Assembly: GCA_950097015.1 (NCBI GenBank)
Contig: CATNEN010000038.1
Span: forward strand, 20,894,001-20,958,000
Origin: Macrostomum hystrix
Lineage: Eukaryota; Animalia; Platyhelminthes
DNA length: 64,000 nucleotides
Direction of reading: 5' to 3'
Numbering within the stretch: position 1 is the stretch's first letter; each line of letters begins with the position of its first letter. Of the stretch, positions 39,972 through 50,321 are shown piece after piece. The position numbers were made by a program, and so were the translations under genes. The notes beneath the pieces are model-generated. The model did no database searches. It saw nothing but the letters and a program-made list of their open reading frames with translations, and was not told the DNA's origin.

Positions 39972-40933
39972 CAGGGGTCGGCAAACTTATTGGCTAGCGG
40001 GCCAAAGAGAGAACCTTAAAGACCACAGCGGGCCGCACTGACTTTAGAAATGTGAGACACGGGAGAGATGAGACAAGGGAGAGATGAGACAGGGGAGAGA
40101 TGAGACAGGGGAGAGATAAGACAGGGGAGAGATGAGACAAGGGAGAAATGAGACAGGGGAGAGATGAGACAGGGGAGAGATGAGACAGGGGAGAGATAAG
40201 ACAGGGGAGAGATGAGACAAGGGAGAAATGAGACAGGGGAGAGATGAGACGGCGGGAGAGATGAGACAGGGGAGAGATAAGACAGGGGAGAGATGAGACG
40301 GGAGAGATGAGACAGTGTAGAGATAAGACAGGGGAGAGATGAGACAGGGGAGAGATGAGACAATGTAGAGATAAGATAGGTGAGAGATGAGACAGGGGAG
40401 AGATTAGACAGGGGAAAGATGAGACAGGGGAGAGATGAGACAGGGGAGAGATAAGACAGGGGAGAGATGAGACAAGGGAGAAATGAGACAGGGGAGAGAT
40501 GAGACGGCGGGAGAGATGAGACAGGGGAGAGATAAGACAGGGGAGAGATGAGACGGGAGAGATGAGACAGTGTAGAGATAAGACAGGGGAGAGATGAGAC
40601 AGGGGAGAGATGAGACAATGTAGAGATAAGATAGGTGAGAGATGAGACAGGGGAGAGATAAGACAGGGGAAAGATGAGACAGGGGAGAGATGAGACAGTG
40701 TAGAGATAAGACAGGGGAGAGATGAGACAAGGGAGAAATGAGACAGGGGAGAGATGAGACGGCGGGAGAGATGAGACAGGGGAGAGATAAGACAGGGTAG
40801 AGATGAGACAGGGGAGAGATCAGATAGGGGAGAGATGAGACAGGATACTGTAGGTGTTGGAAGGGGCAACGGGCCGGATTTGGGAGCTTCGAGGGCCGTA
40901 ACTGGCCCGCGGGCCGGAGTTTGCCGACCCCTG
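39972..40933. mobile_element. Non-autonomous hAT (Charlie/MER58-like) MITE containing an internal minisatellite
   Basis: Perfect 16-bp TIR CAGGGGTCGGCAAACT / AGTTTGCCGACCCCTG; 8-bp TSD ATTTATCT at 39964-39971 and 40934-40941; subterminal GCGGGCC/GGCCCGCGGGCC motifs typical of hAT-Charlie elements; no transposase ORF. Confidence 0.92.
40052..40845. repeat. 16-bp minisatellite (GAGACAGGGGAGAGAT) inside the hAT MITE
   Basis: Diagnostic variant GAGACGGCGGGAGAG recurs at 40246, 40501 and 40756 (255-bp higher-order period). Confidence 0.95.
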
Positions 40934-41119
40934 ATTTATCTGAATCATTTTGACCTCATATTATCACTATTTATATAAGGTGCATGTTGTCTCGCAATAT
41001 GTGTGTAAATACAATTTGTGCATGTGCTGATTTTCACAAGCGAATCGTAGTATTGATTCGTCTTCAAAACACGTTGCTTATCCTTTTTCATTTAGTATTG
41101 GAGGCTTGATAAAATATAG

Positions 41120-41715
41120 CTTAAGGATGGGATTATCGAGTTTAAGGATGAGATTATTGAGTAAAAGGACGGGATTATCGAGTTAAAGGATGGGGTTATC
41201 GAGTTAAAGGACGGGATTATCGAGTTAAAGGATGGGATTATCGATTTAAAGAACGGGATTATCGAGTTAAAGGACGGGATTATCGAGTTAAAGAACGGGA
41301 TCATCGAGTTAAAGGACGGGATTATCGAGTTAAAGGATGGAACTATCGAGTTAAAGGATGGAATTGTCGAGTTAAAGGGTGGGATTATCGAGTTAAATGA
41401 TGGAATTGTCGAGTTAAAAGATGGGATTATCGAGTTAAAGAATGGAATTGTCGAGTCAAAGGGTGGGATTATCGATTTAAACGATGGGATTATCGGGTTA
41501 AAGTATGGGATAATGGTGTTAAAGGATGGGATTATCGGGTTAAAGTATGGGATTATCGAGTTAAAGTATGGGATTATGGAGTTAAAGGATGGGATTATCG
41601 GGTTAAAGTATGGCATTATCGAGTTAAAGTATGGGATTATCGGGTTGAAGTATGGGATTATCGATTTAAAAGGAAACGAGGTTTAGGATCAGATAATCGA
41701 GTTGAAAGATGGGTT
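41120..41715. repeat. 21-bp minisatellite (GGGATTATCGAGTTAAAGGAT)
   Basis: ~28 moderately diverged units. Confidence 0.94.
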
Positions 41716-42452
41716 TAAATTTTGTTAATGAAAAAAAATAATTTAATTTTGAACAACGCATGAAAATTAGTCAGAAGCAGTTTATAATAGTTTTTATTTC
41801 TTTTTGTCGTGAATTATTTAATTACTTTATTTCGCAGGTGCATCAACTATCTTAAACGCCACACTAGGGGTATCTTAAACACTTGGATTAGAGAATAGTC
41901 ATTATTAAAGCCGCATTTAAACAACTCAACGAAGCTAGATGCAAGGAATTCTATATATAGCATCTATAAAGTGTTACATATAGAAGTCCTTCGGCTATAG
42001 TTACATTTAACAAGGAAAACAGTCACTATAACTGAAAGCGAAATACAAAATATAAAATAATAATATTTATAGAGATATCAAAGAGATAGGAGACAGCGAA
42101 ATGATCCAGAAATGCCTAAAACTCTGCAGCCAGGATCGCCCAAGCGCTAGCTTGCAGAGGGATATGCACTTTTGTACTGAATGAGTTTAAAACAAAACAA
42201 TAAACACAATATTAAATTAACCTGCTTTACCGATTGAGTTAGTCAACTAATGTATTAGTGACTCACAGTGTTATTAATAATAATAATAATAATAATAGTA
42301 ATACAACACAAAGCACAGCAAAACAAAAAACATACATTGTGGGCTTACGCAAATATTTTCACCAAATTTACTTGCATATATGTATCAATATAATGAGACA
42401 CTCAATTGCTAGAAAGGTAGAAACTCACCTTAATTGACAGAATAACTTAATT

Positions 42453-42874
42453 ACTAGACCTGAGGATCTGAGGGGAAGACGGGAACTAGACCTGAGGATC
42501 TGAGAGGAAGACGGGAACTAGACCTGAGGATCTGAGGGGAAGACGGGAACTAAACCTGAGGATCTGAGGGGAAGACGGGAACTAAACCTGAGGATCTGAG
42601 GGGAAGACGGGAACTAAACCTGAGGATCTGAGGGGAAGACGGGAACAAGACCTGAGGATCTGAGGGGAAGACGGGAACTAAACCTGAGGATCTGAGGGGA
42701 AGACGGGAACTAAACCTGAGGATCTGAGGGGAAGACGGGAACAAGACCTGAGGATCTGAGGGGAAGACGGGAACAAGACCTGAGGATCTGAGGGGAAGAC
42801 GGGAACAAGACCTGAGGATCTGAGGGGAAGACGGGAACTAAACCTGAGGATCTGAGGGGAAGACGGGAACTAGA
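42453..42874. repeat. 32-bp minisatellite (ACTAAACCTGAGGATCTGAGGGGAAGACGGGA)
   Basis: ~13 near-identical units with sharp edges in AT-rich DNA 3' of PAN3. Confidence 0.96.
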
Positions 42875-43328
42875 TTAATTAATTAAAGACTTAAACACAT
42901 AATAGAAATTTACATTCCCTACCTTTGTAAAAAACTTAACGGGAATTTCTTAAAAAAATCTTGGATTAAAGTCGTGCAAAATTGAACTAACTCTTTCTTA
43001 GAAACAACACCCAACATTGATTTTTAGGATTCTAATTACTAACACGCACTATCAAAAAAACATAAAGTACTAGCCTACTTTAAGTAATAATAAAAATTCC
43101 TAAATTTAAACACTTAATTGAATTGAACTTAGTTCTAAAACAAGTTTTAAAAGTACATTTTCCTATGAATTAAACTAAAACAATTATAAGACATAATAAA
43201 AATAACAATAACAATGATAACAAAATTAATATATTAATTTGGAATTTTGACGAGACACACAAACAAGGACGCATTTGAACGATATGAAAGTCCGTTTTGT
43301 TACACCTCCAATTCTTTGAAAGCAAACT

Positions 43329-46300
43329 TTAACTAACATCGCCCCCCTGGTACATAGATGAAGAAGCGAAATCATTAGCAACAGACGCCGCAGCAGCAGC
43401 AGCCGCAGCAGCTGCGGCAGCGGCCACGGCTGAATTGTCGCCATAGTAACCAGGCTGATGCGACGGCTGCTGCTGCTGATGCTGATGCGACATGCCGTCT
43501 TCCATCTGTTTAATTAGCTCGTTGCAACTTTCGTCGAGCCAGCGCTTCAATTCGGCGTAGGTAACCAGCATGATGTTCTGCGAGTCGCGAGACACCAGAC
43601 AGACACGCTGCTGAGAGCCATTGTCCAGCTTGAGGGATTGTGAGAGGACAGGAAGGAGACTTGATAATCTAGTTTTTAACTATTTTTTGTTATATTCCAT
43701 TTACTTTTAATTTATCGGACAACATCAATTCTGTGATCCCACAACATCCCAATCCCAGTTCCATGATCCCACAACATCACAATCCCATTTCCAAGATCCC
43801 ACAACATGTCAATCCCAGTTCCATGATCCCACCAACATCCCAATCCAAGTTCCATGATCCCACCAACATGCCAATCCAAGTTCCATGATCCCACAACATC
43901 CCAATCCAAGTTCCATGATCCCACAACATCCCAATCCCAGTTCCATGATCCCACCAACATCCCAATCCTAGTTCCATGATCCCACCAACATCCCAATCCA
44001 AGTTCCATGACCCCACAACATCCCAATCCCATTTCCATGATCCCACAACATCCCAATCCCAGTTCCATGATACCAAAATATCCCAATCCCATTTCGATGA
44101 TCCCACAACATGGCAATCCCAGTTCCATGATCCCACAACGTCCAAATCTAAGTTCCATGATCTCACAATATCCCGATCCCAGTTCCATGATACCAAAATA
44201 TCCCAATCCCAGTTCCATGATCCCACAACATCCCAATCCCAGTTACATGATCCCAAAGTATCCACACCATGATTCAACAAAAGCCCGATGCCAAACTGAC
44301 CCTAATTGACCCAAACAAACAATTGATGAGCTACCTACCCGTTGCAGCGAGCTGACAACGTGGGCCAGATCAATCCACGGATAAGCCCCAGTGGGATCCG
44401 ATTGGTGGAATACAAAGTCGCGAAACAATTTCAGCATGTAACGATCGCCAGTTTCGGCCCAGGCCGGGTCAGTTGGCAATTCTCGTTCGCACACTGTGTT
44501 CAATTTGCAGGCTAGACGAAACAGTCGGCCGTTCTCCAGCTGTCTAGCCAGTTGCACTTCTAGGAAATCCACGCGCTGCTGCGACTCGCACAGGTGATCA
44601 AAGAATCTGGCGCCAATAGCCGGCATCACATCGTAGATTGATCTGAGCAACAGGTGTTTGAATTGAGAGGAACCGGGTCAATGAGTTGACCCACCCAGCC
44701 CAATGAAAGTCAGAAAGTCGATAAGTGGGTCAGAGAGTCAATCAGTGGGTCAGAGAGTTAATCGGTGGGTCAGAGAGTCAATCAGTGGGTCAGAGAGACA
44801 ATCAGTGGGTCAGAGAGTCAATCAGTGGGTCAGAGAGACAATCAGTGGGTCAGAGAGTCAATCAGTGGGTCAGAGAGACAATCAGTGGGTCAGAGAGTCA
44901 ATCGGTGGGTCAGAGAGTCAATCAGTGGGTCAGAGAGACAATCAGTGGGTCATAAAGTCAATCAGTGGGTCAGAGAGACAATCAGTGGGTCAGAGAATTA
45001 ATCGGTGGGTCAGAGAGTCAATCAGTGGGTCAGAGAGACAATCAGTGGGTCAGAGAGTCAATCAGTGGGTCAGAGAGACAATCAGTGGGTCAGAGAGACA
45101 ATCAGTGGGTCAGAGAGTCAATCAGTGGGTCAGAGAGTTAATCGGTGGGTCAGAGAGTTAATCGGTGGGTCAGAGAGTCAATCAGTGGGTCAGTGAGTTA
45201 ATCGGTGGGTCAGAGAGTCAATCAGTGGGTCAGAGAGTCAATCAGTGGGTCAGAGAGTCAATCAGTGGGTCAGAGAGTTAATCTGTGGGTCAGAGAGTTA
45301 ATCGGTGGGTCAGAGAGTCAATCAGTGGGTCAGTGAGTTAATCGGTGGGTCAGAGAGTCAATCAGTGGGTCAGAGAGTCAATCAGTGGGTCAGAGAGTCA
45401 ATCAGTGGGTCAGAGAGTCAATCGGTGGGTCAGAGAATTAAATAATAGTTGAAACTTACCTGCTCAAACCATAGATTAGCTGTTTAATCACAGACGCCAA
45501 ATCCTTGGAGTAGGCCCTACTAATCAGCTCCATAGAAGTGGGGAGATCTTGCAAAGCAACCGTGGTACCGCATGACAATACAACTAGCAGTTTGCCCAAA
45601 TCAACCAAATCCTGTTGCTTGGCTTTAGTAAGGTCGTCTTCTGAAAGATTGACGACGATACCGCCTAGAATGTCGCGGGCTCCAAGACAGTTGACTCGCA
45701 GCCTGGGCCGTTGTTGACTAACTCCGCCGGCGTCCACAATGACCTTGGACGGATCCAATAGGCGAACGGCGCGACCGTGCCTAGCGTGACAGGCTCGCAC
45801 AGCGCTAGCCAACTGTAGCAATAGGTGCCAAACAATGGCCTCAGATTGTACGTGAGATTGAGATCTAGATTTTAATGACGAAATCGGTCTGGCCTGGCCG
45901 TCAATGTTGAACGGAGAATTGAAGCCGTTAACCTTCAACGCGTCTGAGCAGTGCGAGGAGAGCAGGGTGACGCTGCCGGGAAAGAAATCGGTTACTAGGC
46001 ACACCTGTGTAATGCAGTGTGTGACAGTTCAATTATTAATCTCATATTGAAATGCTGAATCTTAGAAACGCTGGGTATCCCATCTCATAGAAGTCTAATA
46101 TAAAATGCAGAAATACAAATAGAAAAAATCTAATCTAGAAAATAAATATTTTAAGTCTCAAATATAATAAACTGACATAGAATTTATTCTCATTTAGAGA
46201 AGTCTGATCTAGAAAACCTTATCTAGAAACGCCAGATCTAGAAATCCTTATCTAGAAACGCTAGATCTAGAAAACCTTATCTAGAAACGCCAGATCTAGA

Positions 46301-49300
46301 AAACCTTATCTAGAAACGCCAGATCTAGATATCCTTATCTAGAAACGCTAGATCTAGAAAACCTTATCTAGAAACGCCAGATCTAGAAAACCTTATCTAG
46401 AAACGCCAGATCTAGAAACGCTAGATCTAGAAAACCTTATCTAGAAACGCCAGATCTAGAAAACCTTATCTAGAAACGCTAGATCTAGAAATCCTTATCT
46501 AGAAACGCCAGATCTAGAAAACCTTATCTAGAAACGCCAGATCTAGAAAACCTTATCTAGAAACGCTAGATCTAGAAATCCTTATCTAGAAACGCCAGAT
46601 CTAGAAAACCTTATCTAGAAACGCCAGATCTAGATATCCTTATCTAGAAACGCTAGATCTAGAAATCCTTATCTAGAAACGCTAGATCTAGAAAACCTTA
46701 TCTAGAAACGCCAGATCTAGAAAACCTTATCTAGAAACGCCAGATCTAGATATCCTTATCTAGAAACGCTAGATCTAGAAATCCTTATCTAGAAACGCTA
46801 GATCTAGAAAACCTTATCTAGAAACGCCAGATCTAGAAAAAAAAGGACCAAGAAAATGTGATCTATAAAATATAATCAAGAAAAAAACCGACAGAAAGTA
46901 TTATCTAGAAGTCCGATCAAGAAAAAAAGTGATCGAGAAAATTCTTATCTAGAAGAATAGATCTAGAAAGTCTGATCTTGACAAGACAGATCTAGAAAAT
47001 CTCATTAAAAGAAGTTTGATCTAGAAAATCTACATAGTCACCCACAGAGTCATCTCCAAAAGCGTCCGTGGCAAACACGTGCCGAACCGGCACCAAATGC
47101 GGATGCTCCAATTTTCTAAGACCGTCCAACTGTTGGCCAACCAGTCTGGCTTGCATTGGTCCGGCGCCAACAAATCTTCTAATTAGTACCCAGGTCTGAT
47201 CCTTGCCGTTGAACGCCTTGTAGCAGACGCTGGGCAAGCCAAAGCTGGCCGATCTGCGTAGCTGAGTCTCCAATGGTGCCAATTGTTCGTAGTGCAACAA
47301 TGCCGGTGGCAGGCTAGCAGACAATTGAGCGTCCGGAACAACCAGAGCCGAATGAATTCTATTCAATAGGCTGCGCCGCAGCTCCGAGTCCATGTAGGTG
47401 ACGCCGTCGGAGCGGTCGGTGAATTGAGAAAACTCTACGGAAGGAATGGCCACGTGCCAACTAGGCGAAGCCAGCTTGCCAGAGCTCTGCATAGATTTCA
47501 CTTCGTCCAGATTGGCAGAATCGTAGAAACTGCTGCTAGCGACTATGGAAGCTGCCTGGGAGCGACCTGCCGAAGCTGCCGCTGCTGCAGCCGCCGCTGA
47601 GGCTGCTGCGACGGCCTAAAATGTATTGATTGATCGCATTAGATGGTATTCCCCTTGTAGCTTTTGGCAGCGATAATCCTATTCGATGGGATTCCCCTTG
47701 TAGCTTTTGGCAGCGATAATCCTATTCGATGGGATTCCCCTTGTAGCATTTTTGGAGGCGATAATCCTATTCGATGGGATTCCCCTTGTAGCATTTTTGG
47801 AGGCGATAATCCTATTCGATGGGATTCCCCTTGTAGCTTTTGGCGGCGATAATCCTATTCGATGGGATTCCCCTTGTAGCTTTTGGCGGCGATAATCCTA
47901 TTCGATGGGATTCCCCTTGTAGCTTTTGGCGGCGATAATCCTATTCGATGGGATTCCCCTTGTAGCTTTTGGCAGCGATAATCCTATTCGATGGGATTCC
48001 CCTTGTAGCTTTTGGCGGCGATAATCCTATTCGATGAGATTGCCCATGTAGCTTTTGGCAGCGATAATACTATTCGATGGGATTCCCCTTGTAGCTTTTG
48101 GCGGCAATAATCCTATTCGATGAGATTGCCCATGTAGCTTTTGGCAGCGATAATCCTATTCGATGGGATTCCCCTTGTAGCTTTTGGCGGCAATAATCCT
48201 ATTCGATGAGATTGCCCATGTAGCTTTTGGCAGCGATAATCCTATTCGATGGGATTCCCCTTGTAGCTTTTGGCGGCGATAATCCTATTCGATGGGATTC
48301 CCCTTGTAGCTTTTGGCGGCGATAATCCTATTCGATGGGATTCCCCTTGTAGCTTTTGGCGGCGATAATCCTATTCGATGGGATTCCCCTTGTAGCTTTT
48401 GGCGGCGATAATCCTATTCGATGGGATTCCCCTTGTAGCTTTTGGCGGCAATAATCCTATTTGATGGGATTGCCCATGTAGCTTTTAGCAGCGATAATCC
48501 TATTCGATGGGATTCCCCTTGTAGCTTTTGGCGGCAATAATCCTATTCGATGGGATTCCCCTTGTAGCTTTTGGCAGCGATAATCCTATTCGATGGGATT
48601 CCCCTTGTAGCTTTTGGCGGCGATAATCCTATTCGATGGGATTCCCCTTGTAGCTTTTGGCGGCGATAATCCTATTCGATGGGATTCCCCTTGTAGATTT
48701 TGGCGGCGATAATCCTATTCGATGGGATTCCCCTTGTAGCTTTTGGCGGCAATAATCCTATTTGATGGGATTGCCCATGTAGCTTTTAGCAGCGATAATC
48801 CTATTCGATGGGATTCCCCTTGTAGCTTTTGGCGGCGATAATCCTATTCGATGGGATTCCCCTTGTAGCTTTTGGCAGCGATAATCCTATTCGATGGGAT
48901 TCCCCATGTAGCTATTAGCAGCGATAATCCTATTCGATGGGATTCCCCTTGTAGCTTTTGGCGGCGATAATACTATTCGATGGGATTCCGTATCCGTATC
49001 GAATTAATATATTATTATTTTATATACGATGCAAGCCAAGCAGTTAATTTTTTGGGCTGTCTGACTTAGAAGAGAGGTAAGCGTTGTGAGACTTCAATAA
49101 GAATGGAACAGCAATCAGCTATTCTTGATCGCACCTGTTGTCCAGTTATTAAATTGCGGGAATGTTGAGGCGGCATGCCCATGCCATGCATGCGAGCATT
49201 CATAGCCTGCTGCTGCATCGCCTGCTGCTGCTGTTGGAGGTGAGCAGTAGCGCTTCGCGATTGGCCCTAGTAGTTGAATATATTTTCAAATTTTATATAC

Positions 49301-49460
49301 AATAAGTCACTTTTTTGCTTTACATCGGAATCTAATATGACATAATAAAACTTACAAAGAATTGAGCCTGAGCTGCTGGATTATCAACTGGCCCAGTTCC
49401 AGTTGGCATAGAGGATATCAAACCGCCGGAACCATAGTATAGGCGGTGATCGCTGCTCAT
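43329..49460 (-). CDS. PAN3: PAN3, regulatory pseudokinase subunit of the PAN2-PAN3 deadenylase, ~651 aa, 6 coding exons
   Basis: Exons (transcript order) 49460-49356, 49266-49135, 47615-47046, 46004-45460, 44642-44339, 43628-43329; GT-AG, phase-consistent, 1956 nt. Family motifs: SASFGLPSVCYKAFN, LRKLEHPHLVPVRHVFATDAFGD, LDPSKVIV, RLRVNC, RSIYDVMPAIGARFF, LENGRLFRLACKL, WAETGDRYMLKLFRDFVFHQ, WIDLAHVVSSL, LVSRDSQNIMLVTYAELKR. Further 5' exons are possible. Confidence 0.93.
43732..44262. repeat. 30/31-bp intronic minisatellite (CATGATCCCACAACATCCCAATCCCAGTTC)
   Basis: PAN3 intron 5. Confidence 0.95.
44715..45440. repeat. 20-bp intronic minisatellite (ATCAGTGGGTCAGAGAGTCA)
   Basis: PAN3 intron 4, ~36 units. 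Confidence 0.97.
46205..46838. repeat. 29-bp intronic minisatellite (TCTAGAAAACCTTATCTAGAAACGCCAGA)
   Basis: PAN3 intron 3, with degenerate TCTAGAA units on both flanks. Confidence 0.96.
47640..48990. repeat. 43-bp intronic minisatellite (GGGATTCCCCTTGTAGCTTTTGGCGGCGATAATCCTATTCGAT)
   Basis: PAN3 intron 2, ~31 units. Confidence 0.97.
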
Positions 49461-49652
49461 CTGCAATTGTAACCTTTTTCTTTCAAACCTTATACTACTA
49501 AATTTTCTCTTTTTCAACAAAAATGTTTCGTTATAGTTAAATCATTTGAAGATTAGTATCTAGTTCATTTTTAAGTCTCTATATTTTGTGTATATTGTTG
49601 AAGTCATTAGCTTGCTAGCTAAAAACAAAATAGTGAATTAAGCTTTAGGTTC

Positions 49653-50321
49653 TATCCATCTATCTATTTGCAGGGGGGCCCGGGGCACTTGTTGCACAAG
49701 CAACAGAGCGGCACGCCCCCAGACCAGCGAACTAGGTGCTTTTGCACCCATCTGCCTGTAGGATAGAAAGTATGATTTAGGATATGATCTTAAATTGTTA
49801 TGCTTAATTTTTTACTATATACTATAGTAAATATAGTATACTATTTACTATATACTATGCCTGCCTCTCCTGAGCAGGCACCACACACAGCAGCACAGAC
49901 CAGCTGGGGAGGGCAGGAGGCACCCAGAATAGGCAGCAGTGCCCCCCACCCCAGCAACACACACACAGAGCAGACCAAGCTGGGGCAGAAGGCTGATAAG
50001 AAATCAGTCCTCAGGGCCGGGTGATGAGTGTACACTTATCCAATCGCGCTGACAGAAGTCCAGAAAGTGCGCAGCAGTGTACACCCGCCCTCCAGCTACC
50101 CCCCGCAAGGCACAACTCACACAACGCAGAACAGGCACACAGAAGGTAGGAGCGAAGCTATTATTTCAAGCTTTGATTGCACGAAATATGGTGCACCTCC
50201 GCCAGTCGCTACTGTCCAAACCCCCAACAAGTCCCGAAATTAATCATGACTTGAAGGGTGAATCGAACTAGCATCCTTTGGAGTGCAAGGCAGCGACATT
50301 AGCCACTGACCCACTTGCCCC
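49653..50321 (-). mobile_element. tRNA-derived SINE (family B), full length with TSD
   Basis: 14-bp TSD TAAGCTTTAGGTTC at 49639-49652 and 50322-50335; minus-strand head GGGGCAAGTGGGTCAGTGGCTAA (A box) ... AGTTCGATTCAC (B box); 3' end CCCCCTGCAA followed by an (ATAG)-like tail. Confidence 0.85.

Noticed and set aside
35935-45196. ORFs 35935-37926, 39994-40869, 41092-41616, 43712-44309 and 44703-45196
   Set aside because: Repeat-derived and located within introns, the MITE or intergenic arrays.
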